Below, one piece after another: positions 48,362 to 58,175 of a stretch of 64,000 nt of DNA; positions within the stretch are counted from its first letter, which is position 1, and each line of letters opens with the position of its first letter. Position numbers and translations under genes: made by a program. The DNA is from Candidatus Heimdallarchaeota archaeon (GTDB lineage: Archaea; Asgardarchaeota; Heimdallarchaeia; Hodarchaeales; Hodarchaeaceae): positions 1 to 64,000 of the forward strand of contig JBHLSH010000009.1 in the NCBI GenBank assembly GCA_048881705.1, read 5' to 3'. The notes beneath the pieces were generated by a model. The model was not told the DNA's origin, did no database searches, and saw nothing but the letters and a program-made list of their open reading frames with translations.

Positions 48362-50359
48362 TTGCCATTGGATATTGGATTCCTTTCCATCCTTCAACAA
48401 AGATATCCTCAAACAGCGGATGCTATAATAGATGCCATAGATAAGTGTGATCAACTGACAGAGTTGATAACGTCCGAAGATTTCTCACAAAAAGATTTTT
48501 ATGTCAATCTCCTCCAAAATATCAGACTATTTCTTAACTCCGAATCCATGTTTCATAGCAGAAGCTTTCAAAAGGCCCTAAAATTCTATGAAAAGTTACG
48601 GGCTAGCATCAGTGAGACACAAACCCAGTTTCCCGATTCCTACTCATCCTGGCGCTATGATATCGACCGTTTAACCTCGCGAACTGAGGCACGACTCCAA
48701 GAGGCCAGGGCACAGCTTTCTCTGGAGCAAGAGGACACAGTACAAGCAGATATCCTCCTCGTTGAAACAATCAATCGATACAACCTAGAACTCCAATTAG
48801 AACAGGAATATGGTGATTATGATCACTATTTCGATACGTTAGGCAATATTTTTCGATGTTCGGGCCATCTCTACTTTTTAAGGGGACGTACTAACAACAA
48901 TCGAATTGAACTATATCAGTCAATGAAGGATTTTAGAAAAGCGATCTTTCTGGGCCAATTAGATCTTGATGGATACGTGAAAGAAGCACACAAGAATATC
49001 AAAATCATGACATTGGCAAAACTAGAACAACAAGCAGAGAACTACTTCAATCTGGGGTTAACTGAAACGGATGCAGAGAAATATAGTGAAGCAAAAAGAA
49101 ATTATCATAAATCTGCCCAATTATTCACCTCATTAAAGCGCGCCGCCTTCCAACCAGATCAATCAAGAGAATTTGAACTCCAGGAACAGATTCAATTCTC
49201 CTCTTATTATGAAGCCAGTGCAAAGGAATTCATGACCCAAGATAATAACGAGCAGGCCGCAGTTCAATTTTCGAATGCTTCCCGGACTTTACGAAACGTC
49301 CTAGAATCCCTACCCAGTGAGGCTTTAAGCCGGAATTTTTCGCCTCAAATCGATTATTTCGAAGCAATGCGCTTGTTTTGCTTGGCTGTCATTGAGTATG
49401 ACAAAATGCTTCCCGAAGCAATGATTCGTTTTAAGACTGCCAGAGAAAAGCTCGAAACGGCTAGACAACAAGCTGAAGGAATGTCTAATCTTCCTCTGGT
49501 CAATAACTGTGAGGAAACTTTAAACAAGCTCAAATCCTATATAGAAATCGCTGAACTTCTACATTCTGAAGAGTCTAAAGAGACATTGGGGGTTCCAAAT
49601 ATCGAGGATCCTGTACAGCCTATGGAACCTGCTCAACCTTCCGAACTAGAGGAGCCTGAACTACCTCCCGCAGAACCCGAACTACCTCTGGAACCTGAAG
49701 AACCTGCTCAACCTTTCGAACTAGAGGAGCCTGAACTACCTCCCGCAGAACTCGAACTACCTCTGGAACCTGAAGAACCTGCTCAACCTTTCGAACTAGA
49801 GGAACCTGAACTACCTCCCGCAGAACCCGAACTACCTCTGGAACCTGAAGAACCTGCTCAACCTTTCGAACTAGAGGAGCCTGAACTACCTCCCGCAGAA
49901 CTCGAACTACCTCTGGAACCTGAAGAACCTGCTCAACCTTTCGAACTAGAGGAACCTGAACTACCTCCCGCAGAACCCGAACTGCCTCTAGAACCTGAAG
50001 AACCCGCTAGGCCTTCCGAACTAGAGGAACCTGAACCTCCTAAGAAACCCGTAAAACCTCATCAACTGGAGGAGACTATCAAACCTCTAGAGGTAAAGAA
50101 ACCTAAGGAGCATGAAGTCTTCCAGAAACAAACCAAACATGTATCAGATGAATGGACGACTGAACCGTTAGATCTTGACCCTCGCGAGATCCTCATGGAA
50201 CTGAGAGGACGATTGGATGCAGAGAAACCCACTGAACCAAAACCAGAAGACTCAACAGAAGTCCTAGAGAAGCCTAAGAAGAGTAGAGAGGAAAAGAACT
50301 CTGTAGAAAATGGAAATCCAGAGAAGGCTGCGGAACCTGAGGAATCTGAGGAATCTTAA
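48362..50359 (+). CDS. TPR-like helical protein with Pro/Glu tandem-repeat stalk
   Basis: helical repeats (AENYF, YHKSAQLF, FSNAS) followed by 25-aa repeats and a charged tail. Confidence 0.8.
   Translation: MPLDIGFLSILQQRYPQTADAIIDAIDKCDQLTELITSEDFSQKDFYVNLLQNIRLFLNSESMFHSRSFQKALKFYEKLRASISETQTQFPDSYSSWRYDIDRLTSRTEARLQEARAQLSLEQEDTVQADILLVETINRYNLELQLEQEYGDYDHYFDTLGNIFRCSGHLYFLRGRTNNNRIELYQSMKDFRKAIFLGQLDLDGYVKEAHKNIKIMTLAKLEQQAENYFNLGLTETDAEKYSEAKRNYHKSAQLFTSLKRAAFQPDQSREFELQEQIQFSSYYEASAKEFMTQDNNEQAAVQFSNASRTLRNVLESLPSEALSRNFSPQIDYFEAMRLFCLAVIEYDKMLPEAMIRFKTAREKLETARQQAEGMSNLPLVNNCEETLNKLKSYIEIAELLHSEESKETLGVPNIEDPVQPMEPAQPSELEEPELPPAEPELPLEPEEPAQPFELEEPELPPAELELPLEPEEPAQPFELEEPELPPAEPELPLEPEEPAQPFELEEPELPPAELELPLEPEEPAQPFELEEPELPPAEPELPLEPEEPARPSELEEPEPPKKPVKPHQLEETIKPLEVKKPKEHEVFQKQTKHVSDEWTTEPLDLDPREILMELRGRLDAEKPTEPKPEDSTEVLEKPKKSREEKNSVENGNPEKAAEPEESEES
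49625..50035 (+). repeat. intragenic 75-bp tandem repeat, 5 full copies plus a partial
   Basis: unit gaacctgctcaacctt(t/c)cgaactagagga(g/a)cctgaactacctcccgcagaac(c/t)cgaactacctctggaacctgaa; copies start at 49625, 49700, 49775, 49850, 49925 and 50000. Confidence 0.95.
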
Positions 50360-50679
50360 TGTTCTTCAGAGCGAAGTTGGGCTAGGATCCAGTAGGCCTC
50401 TAGGATCGTGATAGAAAGCTGGCGGGCAAGTTCTTCAGGATGGATTTGCGGATCCCTCGGTAGGATTTTTTGTCGGGTCCATGCAAGATTGGAAGCATGC
50501 CCGGGAATTTGGGCCATGACGGGAGCGAGCATTTCCAGTAACTGCTCGCGAGAGAGCTGCAGAAGAGACCCCTGAGATTTACTGCGGTCTAATATTCTTG
50601 GGATTTTCCGCTCTTTTTTCTTAGGAGTGGTACTTTCTTTATCCTTCTCCTGATCAAGATATTTTTCAAGATCTGACAT
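50356..50679 (-). CDS. hypothetical protein with C-terminal HTH-like segment
   Basis: IHPEELARQLSITILEAYWIL. Confidence 0.6.
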   Translation of the reverse strand: MSDLEKYLDQEKDKESTTPKKKERKIPRILDRSKSQGSLLQLSREQLLEMLAPVMAQIPGHASNLAWTRQKILPRDPQIHPEELARQLSITILEAYWILAQLRSEEH

Positions 50680-50730
50680 TGTTCACCAATTCTCTGGTGA
50701 TCCGATCTCTCTTTTCAGGATTTATTACGC

Positions 50731-51051
50731 TCAATCCTGGGGGGTTTCAATCGCTTCTACAAATCGTGTTCCTGTAAGAACCTGGTCGATAGAATGAATG
50801 CTTCCATGTAAATCATTGATTCGCTCACTTATTCTATCGTAATCTAAATTCGAACCCTCCAAGACCACTTTAAGGTTCTCTGTTTTTGCATCAATTTCTA
50901 GGAGGGTACAATTAACCCCTGCGACTCCCTCAACTTCTTCGAGAGCCTTAGCGAAAGAGACGATTGAGGGATCATGTAGTTTCAGAACATCCAAAACTAA
51001 CCGCCTCACTCCTCCTCTTTTGGTCAAACCAGTGTGTCTTTTTTCAGTCAT
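50731..51051 (-). CDS. DUF211 family protein
   Basis: VRRLVLDVLKLH...SIHSIDQV. Confidence 0.88.
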   Translation of the reverse strand: MTEKRHTGLTKRGGVRRLVLDVLKLHDPSIVSFAKALEEVEGVAGVNCTLLEIDAKTENLKVVLEGSNLDYDRISERINDLHGSIHSIDQVLTGTRFVEAIETPQD

Positions 51052-51252
51052 GGGATTGCAAACACCTGTTTCTGAGAAATATAGATTTTATCTTTTTGAA
51101 AGGAACCGACCGGAACATAAGTCTCCCCGTTTTGGCATTTTCCCAAAAAAGGTTCCTGAGTATGTCCAATAGGATTATCGATCAACAGCTGGGAAGTCCA
51201 TCCCGTTACGGAGGTTTATGATGGAACTAAAGCTAGTTACCTTTAGCAGACC

Positions 51253-51573
51253 TCAATCACGCAGTTCAATGGAAGATTCGGGGAAGCCTTCATCAACTAA
51301 TATTTCGGGGATCCGCCGGAGAAAATTCCCTTGGAGCTCGATCCTCCCGTCCTTTGTGGTGCCCCCCGTCGCTAATGACTTTTTCAGTCTTTTTGAAAGG
51401 CTTCGTAAGTCAATTTCTTTGCTCAGTCCATCTATCACGGTCACCTCACGTCCCCATTTCCGTTTCTCAATGAAAACCCGAATAGAAGTCGTTTCGTCGC
51501 GTGCTATATCACTGCACGCACATAATTCAATTGGAAGTCCGCATGTTTTGCACGTACTTGTTGCCATGCCCAT
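51253..51573 (-). CDS. sui1: translation initiation factor SUI1/aIF1
   Basis: CKTCGLPIELC, KRKWGREVTVIDG, LATGGT, IELQGN. Confidence 0.93.
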   Translation of the reverse strand: MGMATSTCKTCGLPIELCACSDIARDETTSIRVFIEKRKWGREVTVIDGLSKEIDLRSLSKRLKKSLATGGTTKDGRIELQGNFLRRIPEILVDEGFPESSIELRD

Positions 51574-51665
51574 TTTTACTTTTTTACCTCAAATTTTTTG
51601 AATTGTAGACGGGGAAGTATGCAAATTCGCTTAAATATAAACCTATCGTAGAAATTTTGTCGTTT

Positions 51666-51812
51666 TCATTCCGTTTTCAACCGTTTGATAATCGGCGGCC
51701 GTTTCTTGAGCAATACTCGATGCCCGCAAATTATGCACCTTATCCCTGGAAGTGTTTCCAATTCCCCTGGATCGATCTCTTGGTGACAAGCGGCACATAA
51801 ATAAGTGGTCAT
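51666..51812 (-). CDS. rpoP: DNA-directed RNA polymerase subunit Rpo12 (P); not in ORF track
   Basis: MTTYLCAACHQEIDPGELETLPGIRCIICGHRVLLKKRPPIIKRLKTE (48 aa); two CxxC motifs and KKRPP. Confidence 0.92.
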   Translation of the reverse strand: MTTYLCAACHQEIDPGELETLPGIRCIICGHRVLLKKRPPIIKRLKTE

Positions 51813-51939
51813 TTAGTTTTTCCTAACCTATTTTCATTCAAGGACTTGCCATCGATCCGATCTACCCGAGGGCTACGACGAAGATCCCTGTTAATCGTGC
51901 CGACCCTTCCCAGTTTGATAAACTTTTCTTTCCCCATCT

Positions 51940-52359
51940 TCATGCTGCTCGTTTAAGATTCGCTTCTATGAATTTGACAATTACTTCAGTATCCGTTCCT
52001 GGACCGAAAATTCCCGTGATACCTATCTTGTTCAGAGCGAGGATGTCTACATCTGGAATAATACCTCCCACAACCACAAGAGTGTCATCGTACATCTCTT
52101 TTTCCTTGAGTAACTCCATGATTTTAGGAAAAAGGGCCATATGAGAACCACTGAGGCTGGAAAGACCTAAAACATCAACATCTTCTTGTAAAGCCGCCTC
52201 GACAATCTGCTCAGGACTTTTATGTAATCCCGTGTAGATTACTTCCATTCCTGCGTCTCGAAGCGCACGAGCAACTACTTTAACGCCTCGATCATGACCA
52301 TCTAATCCCGGTTTAGCTAATAGGACTCGTATCTTCCTAATGGCGGTAGTTTCACTCAT
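51940..52359 (-). CDS. cobalamin-binding small subunit of acyl-CoA mutase
   Basis: [23 protein letters not shown]. Confidence 0.94.
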   Translation of the reverse strand: MSETTAIRKIRVLLAKPGLDGHDRGVKVVARALRDAGMEVIYTGLHKSPEQIVEAALQEDVDVLGLSSLSGSHMALFPKIMELLKEKEMYDDTLVVVGGIIPDVDILALNKIGITGIFGPGTDTEVIVKFIEANLKRAA

Positions 52360-52386
52360 CGTTTGGCTATTCCTCCAGTTTTCAGT

Positions 52387-54111
52387 TTAGATCAAACGAT
52401 CACCCTGCCATTCACCAAAAACCTCCCTAAAAACGTCACAAATTTCACCTATGGATGCATAAGCCTTGACTGCCTCAAGGATAGAGGGCATTAAGTTTTT
52501 AGTACCTTGAGCGGCCGTTTTAATCTTCGCCAAGGCCGCTTCTACCGCTTCATTATCTCTCTCGGCTTTAACCTTATGCAGACGAGTAATTTGGCGTTCA
52601 ACAACTTCATTTTTAACCTCGAGAAGGGGAACCGTGATCTTTTCGTCTCGAGTATATTCATTCACCCCGACAATCACACGTTGTTTTTCCTCAACCTCTT
52701 TTTGATACTGGTAGGCTGAGGTAGCGATCTCTTGTTGGAAAAATCCTTTCTCGATTGCTGGGATAACCCCACCTAACTGCTTTATTTTCTGAAAATACTC
52801 TTCCACTTTTTGCTCCATGCGGTTTGTCAATGTTTCCATGAAATAGCTCCCCGCTAAAGGATCAATCGTATTCGTAACTCCGCTTTCATGTGCAATGATT
52901 TGCTGAGTCCGCAGCGCAATTTCTACGGCTTCCTTGCTTGGAAGAGCCAATGCCTCATCTAATGAATTGGTGTGTAAAGATTGGGTACCCCCTAGAACTG
53001 CAGCAAGCGCCTGAACTGTTGTTCTCACAACATTATTGTAGGGTTGTTGGGCCGTTAAAGATACCCCCGCAGTCTGGGTGTGAAACCGTAACCACATCGA
53101 ACGGGGTTTTTTAGGATTGAATTGCCGCATATGCCTAGCCCAAATCCGTCTGGCGGCCCGATACTTGGCTATCTCTTCAAAAAAATCATTATGTGAATTA
53201 AAGAAAAATGAAAGCCGGGGAGCGAAGTCATCAACATCCATTCCAGCTTCTACTGCCCATTTGACATACTCCAAACCATCAGCTAATGTGAATGCCAACT
53301 CTTGGATCGCAGTGGAGCCTGCTTCCCGTATATGATATCCCGAAATCGAAATGGTATTCCATCGGGGCACGTGTTCCGCACAATACTTGATTATGTCGAC
53401 AATAATCCGCATAGAGGGACGTGGCGGAAAAATATATGATTTCTGGGCGATATATTCTTTTAAAATATCGTTCTGGATTGTCCCGCCAATTTGATCCGAT
53501 CCCACCCCCTGTTTTTCCGCAACTGCTATATACATTGCCAACAAAATGGCCGCAGGTGCATTTATTGTCATGGAGGTAGTAACTTTGTCGAGAGGGATTC
53601 CATCAAATAGAATCTCCATATCCTTTAGTGTATCTACAGCAACTCCTAATTTGCCAACTTCACCTAGGGACATGGGATGATCGGATTCTCGTCCATATAA
53701 GGTCGGAAGATGAAAGGCTACACTCAATCCAGTCATTCCACTTGCCAAGAGGAATTTAAAACGTTGATTTGTCTCTTCTGCACCTCCGAAACCCGCAAAT
53801 TGTCGCATAGTCCATAAACGCCCTCGGTACATTGAGGGTTGGACACCTCTCGTGTATGGAAACATGCCAGGATAACCTAGCTCACTCAAATAGCTCCAGT
53901 CATCAGGTAGATCAGTCGGGTCGTAAATCCGATTGATAGGTTCACTCGAGGTGGTCATGAATTTCGATAGACGCTCTGAGTCTTCTGTTACCTTTTTATC
54001 ATAGAGTTCCTCCCAATCCTGCCTCTTTTGCTTGAGAGATTCATGAGAATCTTTTTTTCCAGATATTGATGTAGATTTATCTTTTTTGATTTCGGAGGTC
54101 TCAGTGGTCAA
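52387..54111 (-). CDS. B12-dependent acyl-CoA mutase large subunit (MCM family; isobutyryl-CoA-mutase-type residues)
   Basis: [37 protein letters not shown]. Confidence 0.92.
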   Translation of the reverse strand: MTTETSEIKKDKSTSISGKKDSHESLKQKRQDWEELYDKKVTEDSERLSKFMTTSSEPINRIYDPTDLPDDWSYLSELGYPGMFPYTRGVQPSMYRGRLWTMRQFAGFGGAEETNQRFKFLLASGMTGLSVAFHLPTLYGRESDHPMSLGEVGKLGVAVDTLKDMEILFDGIPLDKVTTSMTINAPAAILLAMYIAVAEKQGVGSDQIGGTIQNDILKEYIAQKSYIFPPRPSMRIIVDIIKYCAEHVPRWNTISISGYHIREAGSTAIQELAFTLADGLEYVKWAVEAGMDVDDFAPRLSFFFNSHNDFFEEIAKYRAARRIWARHMRQFNPKKPRSMWLRFHTQTAGVSLTAQQPYNNVVRTTVQALAAVLGGTQSLHTNSLDEALALPSKEAVEIALRTQQIIAHESGVTNTIDPLAGSYFMETLTNRMEQKVEEYFQKIKQLGGVIPAIEKGFFQQEIATSAYQYQKEVEEKQRVIVGVNEYTRDEKITVPLLEVKNEVVERQITRLHKVKAERDNEAVEAALAKIKTAAQGTKNLMPSILEAVKAYASIGEICDVFREVFGEWQGDRLI

Positions 54112-54653
54112 TATTCTACACCTCTTCGAGCCAAAACTTCCCTTTGGTATGGATGTTTGTGCGATTGGATTTCTGTGTGATAGTCCGCCAAGGCCACGAT
54201 ACTCCGCGGCGCGTTTCTTCCTGTCAAGATTATTTCCAATTTTTTAGGTTTTTGCTTAATTAGCTTAATGACTTCTGTTTTGGAAATTAATCCAAAATCT
54301 AGGGCTACATTAATCTCATCTAAGATTAGTACGTCCCAATCTTCCTTTTCCACTGCGGTACGAGCCCGAATAAGTGCAGCCTGTGCCTCTGTTATATCAA
54401 TTTCTTTGGGATTTTTTCTGTCTATAAACTCTGGCCTTCCATACTGTACCAAAGTTATCTGTGGTATCGCAGTAAGCGCCCTCAACTCCCCATAATTCCA
54501 TCCTTTCTTCAGCCATTGTATGATTAGAACCTTGAACCCATGTCCCGCCGCGCGAAGGGCCATCCCAAGGGCAGACGTCGTTTTTCCTTTGCCGTCTCCC
54601 GTTACTACGTGAGTATATCCTAGTTGTTTATTTTCCATATCGTGCTTAACCAT
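54108..54653 (-). CDS. cobO: cob(I)alamin adenosyltransferase (CobA/CobO/BtuR type)
   Basis: [27 protein letters not shown]...RRGVEY. Confidence 0.93.
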   Translation of the reverse strand: MVKHDMENKQLGYTHVVTGDGKGKTTSALGMALRAAGHGFKVLIIQWLKKGWNYGELRALTAIPQITLVQYGRPEFIDRKNPKEIDITEAQAALIRARTAVEKEDWDVLILDEINVALDFGLISKTEVIKLIKQKPKKLEIILTGRNAPRSIVALADYHTEIQSHKHPYQREVLARRGVEY

Positions 54654-54745
54654 TTAATGGCCTCTGAGGTCTTTGACTGAAGTGTCCCATATCGATTTGA
54701 ATTCCTTTTGATCAGTAGAAAAAGAGACCCACATATCGCTATTTT

Positions 54746-55582
54746 GTGAATAGGAATGATCAATCAATGAAATTAATCTTAGTGACCAATGACGATGGTA
54801 TTGGCGCAACAGGTCTAAGAATGCTAGCAAATGCAATGATGGAGCTTCCCTCCGAAGTTAAAACTCTTGTTGTTGCTCCTACAAGTCAACGTTCTGCTGG
54901 CGGAAAATCAATCACTTATTCTACACCTTTGCGTTTATCTAGAGAAATTGATCTTTTTGATAACAAAATCTCAGCTTACTCGGTTGATGGCACACCCGCA
55001 GATTGTGTAATAATGGGAAAATATGTAAGCAAAAAAGAATTCGGTAAAATTCCTGACCTTATTGTAAGTGGAATTAACAGTGGGGGTAATTCATCGGTCC
55101 AATCGATTCTCGCATCTGGAACATGTGCAGCTGCATTTGAAGGAGGAATTTCCGGCATTCCCTCAATTGCTTTTTCTTTGGAAGTCCCTGAAAGTGAGCT
55201 TTTTTCAAAACCAAGTCAATCCGCATCCAATTATGAGGTTGCAGCCATTCGTGCAAAAGAAATCGCCAGTAAGGTTCTTCTAAAAGGGCTACCTTCCAAA
55301 GTACTATTCCTGAACTGCAATTTTCCTTCAAGTGTTTCACTTCAAACACCAATCGATTTCGTCCCATTAGCTCCGGAAAAGTACATTGACGAAGCCATAG
55401 AACAGAAAGATCCTAGAGGAGTCCCAATATATTGGATTTGGGGGGATTTAATATCTAATCTGCAGGAAAACACAGATGTACATTCTTTAAGTGTTAAAAA
55501 GATGATCACCTTAACGCCTATAAGCTTGGAATTCAGGCTAGATCATATATTGACTCTGAAAAAATGGTTCTCAGAAGAATGA
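54746..55582 (+). CDS. surE: 5'/3'-nucleotidase SurE
   Basis: ILVTNDDG, GTPADCV, SGINSGGN, SGTCAAA. Confidence 0.93.
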   Translation: MNRNDQSMKLILVTNDDGIGATGLRMLANAMMELPSEVKTLVVAPTSQRSAGGKSITYSTPLRLSREIDLFDNKISAYSVDGTPADCVIMGKYVSKKEFGKIPDLIVSGINSGGNSSVQSILASGTCAAAFEGGISGIPSIAFSLEVPESELFSKPSQSASNYEVAAIRAKEIASKVLLKGLPSKVLFLNCNFPSSVSLQTPIDFVPLAPEKYIDEAIEQKDPRGVPIYWIWGDLISNLQENTDVHSLSVKKMITLTPISLEFRLDHILTLKKWFSEE

Positions 55583-55787
55583 CAAACGTATCCAATCCAA
55601 CTAGTCTTTGAAAATTTGCGAAAGTAAAACGATTGACGGAACTACAGCCCAATCCATTTATGATTGAATTCCTTTTGAATTGGCGTAAAAGATTTATTAC
55701 TAGCTTCTATTCAGATCTATGATCATCATTCAATCTCTATAGCATGATTTGTAGCTAAAACATCAATTCTTACGTCTTGATTGACAT

Positions 55788-55859
55788 GGCCGGTGTAGGA
55801 TAACGGTAGTCTCGGTGGTTGTGGCCCACCATGTCGGGGTTCAATTCCCCGCTCCGGCC
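55788..55859 (+). tRNA. tRNA-His(GTG), genome-encoded G-1, no intron, CCA not encoded
   Basis: GCCGGTG/CTCCGGC acceptor (one T-T mismatch), GGTGG-TTGTGGC-CCACC anticodon arm, CGGGG-TTCAATT-CCCCG T arm, C73. Confidence 0.93.
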
Positions 55860-55860
55860 C

Positions 55861-55870
55861 TTCCTTTTTT
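55861..55870 (+). terminator. oligo-T terminator after tRNA-His
   Basis: TTCCTTTTTT directly after the tRNA. Confidence 0.5.
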
Positions 55871-55987
55871 GCTTTCGATCTTTTCTCAGAGCTTATTCCT
55901 TGTAATCATATCAGAAGACCTGTGAATTAATTTTGTATTAGTGCTCTGTCACCCAATAACCTTTCACCCAAGAGAATAGAAAGTTAT

Positions 55988-57034
55988 TTGACTGTTCCAA
56001 GAATCATCGGCAGAATAACCATGAAAATCTCTAAGAATTCCCTCGGGTTTATTATATCTTACGATTTCCTTCCCCCCTCCCTGTGCAATGATCTTATCAA
56101 AGTCTTGGCCGATTCTGGCAGTTTTACTCATGTTTTTGTTCCCGAACTCTGGGGTTATGACGCATTTACCCAGATAACTAGCATGGTACCCCATGCTTCC
56201 AATTTAACCTTTGGAACAGGGATTGTTAATCTGTATTCCCGAACCCCTGCCACCTTGGCTCAGACGGCTGCGGCTCTTAATACATTAACAGAAGGAAAAT
56301 TCATTCTTGGTCTTGGACTGAGCGGCCCCATTGTGATTCAAGACTGGCACGGAGTTAAGTACTTTAAACACTCCCCATTGGAGAGAACACGGGAGTATAT
56401 CGAAATTTTACGCTTGATTTTCTCTGGAGAGCCCGTAAACTATGATGGCCAAATATTCAAGCTAAAAAGATTTAAGATCCGAACCTTTAGCACACCTCTG
56501 GATATTCCTCTCTGGGTGGCAGCTCTCGGCCCAAAAAACCTTGCCCTAGTCGGAGAACTGGCAGATGGCTGGTTTCCTATCTGGGCCCCGATAGGAGGGT
56601 TTAAATCTCTCAAAGATGACTTAGCCAAGGGTTATGCAAACCGTAGTCCCGATCTCAGTAAACAGGTTGAAGTTGCACCGTTTCTTATTACCTGTGCATC
56701 TGAAGGCGACAAGGCGAGGCTTCTTGTTCAAAAAAACATAGCTTACTATGTGGGCGGGATGGGTGATTTTTACTATAACTTCACAAAACGTATGGGATTT
56801 ACCACTGAAGCCGAAAAAATCAGATCCGCATGGAAAACGGGCGAGAGAGAAGCCGCGGCCAAAGCTGTCTCCCAAAAGATGTTGGATAAAATTGCGGCCC
56901 TCGGGTCAGCAGAAAAAATCCAACAACGGTATCAAGAATTTCGTGATGAAGGGGTGACGCTCCCTATCTGCACCCTGCCATTCAATTGTCCCCCAGATCT
57001 GGCTATGGAGACCATCAGTGCATTTTCTGGTTGA
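55988..57034 (+). CDS. LLM-class (probably F420-dependent) oxidoreductase
   Basis: PELWGYDAF, TGIVNLYSRTPA, GLGLSGP, WVAALGPKNL, ADGW. Confidence 0.9.
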   Translation: MTVPRIIGRITMKISKNSLGFIISYDFLPPSLCNDLIKVLADSGSFTHVFVPELWGYDAFTQITSMVPHASNLTFGTGIVNLYSRTPATLAQTAAALNTLTEGKFILGLGLSGPIVIQDWHGVKYFKHSPLERTREYIEILRLIFSGEPVNYDGQIFKLKRFKIRTFSTPLDIPLWVAALGPKNLALVGELADGWFPIWAPIGGFKSLKDDLAKGYANRSPDLSKQVEVAPFLITCASEGDKARLLVQKNIAYYVGGMGDFYYNFTKRMGFTTEAEKIRSAWKTGEREAAAKAVSQKMLDKIAALGSAEKIQQRYQEFRDEGVTLPICTLPFNCPPDLAMETISAFSG

Positions 57035-57071
57035 AATCCAAGGGAAGATCTGGAAATCCTGGAGAATCACT

Positions 57072-57464
57072 TTATTTTAGCGGTACGAACTGTGAACCGC
57101 GTGTTGCTCCAATTCCTGGAGCAGAGTGTTTGACCTGTTTGCAGGTCGGTGAATATTCCCCTAGGTAATGTCCCAACATCTCTGGTTGCAACTCTACCCG
57201 GAGAAATTCTTTACCGTTATACACTTGTAATACCCCTCCAATCAACTCAGGAAGAATGATAAAATCGCGACAATGAGTCCGAACGGGTCGTTTACTGTCT
57301 TTGGAGGCTAGCACCTTCTCCATAAGCTTGATATGCTGCGGATCCATCCCTCGTTTCAGTGACCGTCGTTGACGGGCGGGAAGAAGTGAGATAAATTCAT
57401 CCATACTCAATTGTTTGAGCTCGTCTAAAGAATAACCTCGATATTCAAATTGGCGCCGGGACAT
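57072..57464 (-). CDS. rps19: 30S ribosomal protein uS19
   Basis: FEYRGYSLDEL, RTHCRD, MLGHYLGEYS, PGIGATRGSQFVPLK. Confidence 0.96.
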   Translation of the reverse strand: MSRRQFEYRGYSLDELKQLSMDEFISLLPARQRRSLKRGMDPQHIKLMEKVLASKDSKRPVRTHCRDFIILPELIGGVLQVYNGKEFLRVELQPEMLGHYLGEYSPTCKQVKHSAPGIGATRGSQFVPLK

Positions 57465-57509
57465 TTAAAGCCACCGTTGATGTTCTGTGTAGACAGGCAG
57501 GTTCTTGAG

Positions 57510-57518
57510 GGCTATATA
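57510..57518 (-). promoter_or_regulatory. TATA box in the divergent rps19/rpl22 intergenic region
   Basis: TTTATATAG on the minus strand about 50 nt upstream of the rps19 ATG. Confidence 0.5.
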
Positions 57519-57709
57519 AATGAGAGGATGAAGAGAGGGCAGAAGCGGGGAAAGAGATGTGAGGGGTGGCCTTTAAAGGAAAAAAAAGGGGTTCCAGAAC
57601 AGCCACTATCAAGCCACAGCTTGGTCAGTTGAGGTTGATTCTTCCAACCACAACGAGCGTAGTTATGATTATACAAAAACACATGATAATGTAGATAGTT
57701 GATTCCAGA

Positions 57710-58171
57710 TTGCCCAGTTACAAGTTATCTGTCTTTGGTTTGGACCCAGATCGAACCGCTGTCGCCACAGGCCGCAATCTGCGCATCTCCCCGAAACATG
57801 CGCGGGAGATCTGCCATGAAATCAAAGGGAAGTACCTAGAAACAGCCCAAGAATACCTAGAAGCGGTTCTTGAAAAGAAACGCAGCGTTCCCTTCCGTCG
57901 TTATCGAAAGAAGGTCCCCCATCGTAATGATCTGTCGAAATGGCCGACTGGCCGCTATCCACAAAGGGCATCTTTCGAAATCCTACGCCTACTTGAAAGT
58001 GCAGAACAGAACGCCTCTTTCAAGGGACTCGAGGTCAGTCGCCTCCGCATCACACATATCGCCGCCTTGCGTGGCCGTAAAATTCGAGGTTATACTCCTC
58101 GGGCGCAAGGACGCACCTCCCCAAGTAACCAGACCCTAACACATGTGGAAGTCGTAGTAACCGAGGAATGA
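57710..58171 (+). CDS. rpl22: 50S ribosomal protein uL22
   Basis: ISPKHAREIC, VPFRRY, GRYP, RAQGR, HVEVV. Confidence 0.96.
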   Translation: MPSYKLSVFGLDPDRTAVATGRNLRISPKHAREICHEIKGKYLETAQEYLEAVLEKKRSVPFRRYRKKVPHRNDLSKWPTGRYPQRASFEILRLLESAEQNASFKGLEVSRLRITHIAALRGRKIRGYTPRAQGRTSPSNQTLTHVEVVVTEE

Positions 58172-58175
58172 GCTT

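Noticed and set aside
49625-50035. CRISPR-like array
   Set aside because: Contiguous 75-bp units without unique spacers, in frame inside a coding gene
52387-54111. Plain methylmalonyl-CoA mutase call
   Set aside because: The specificity residues are Phe/Gln rather than Tyr/Arg
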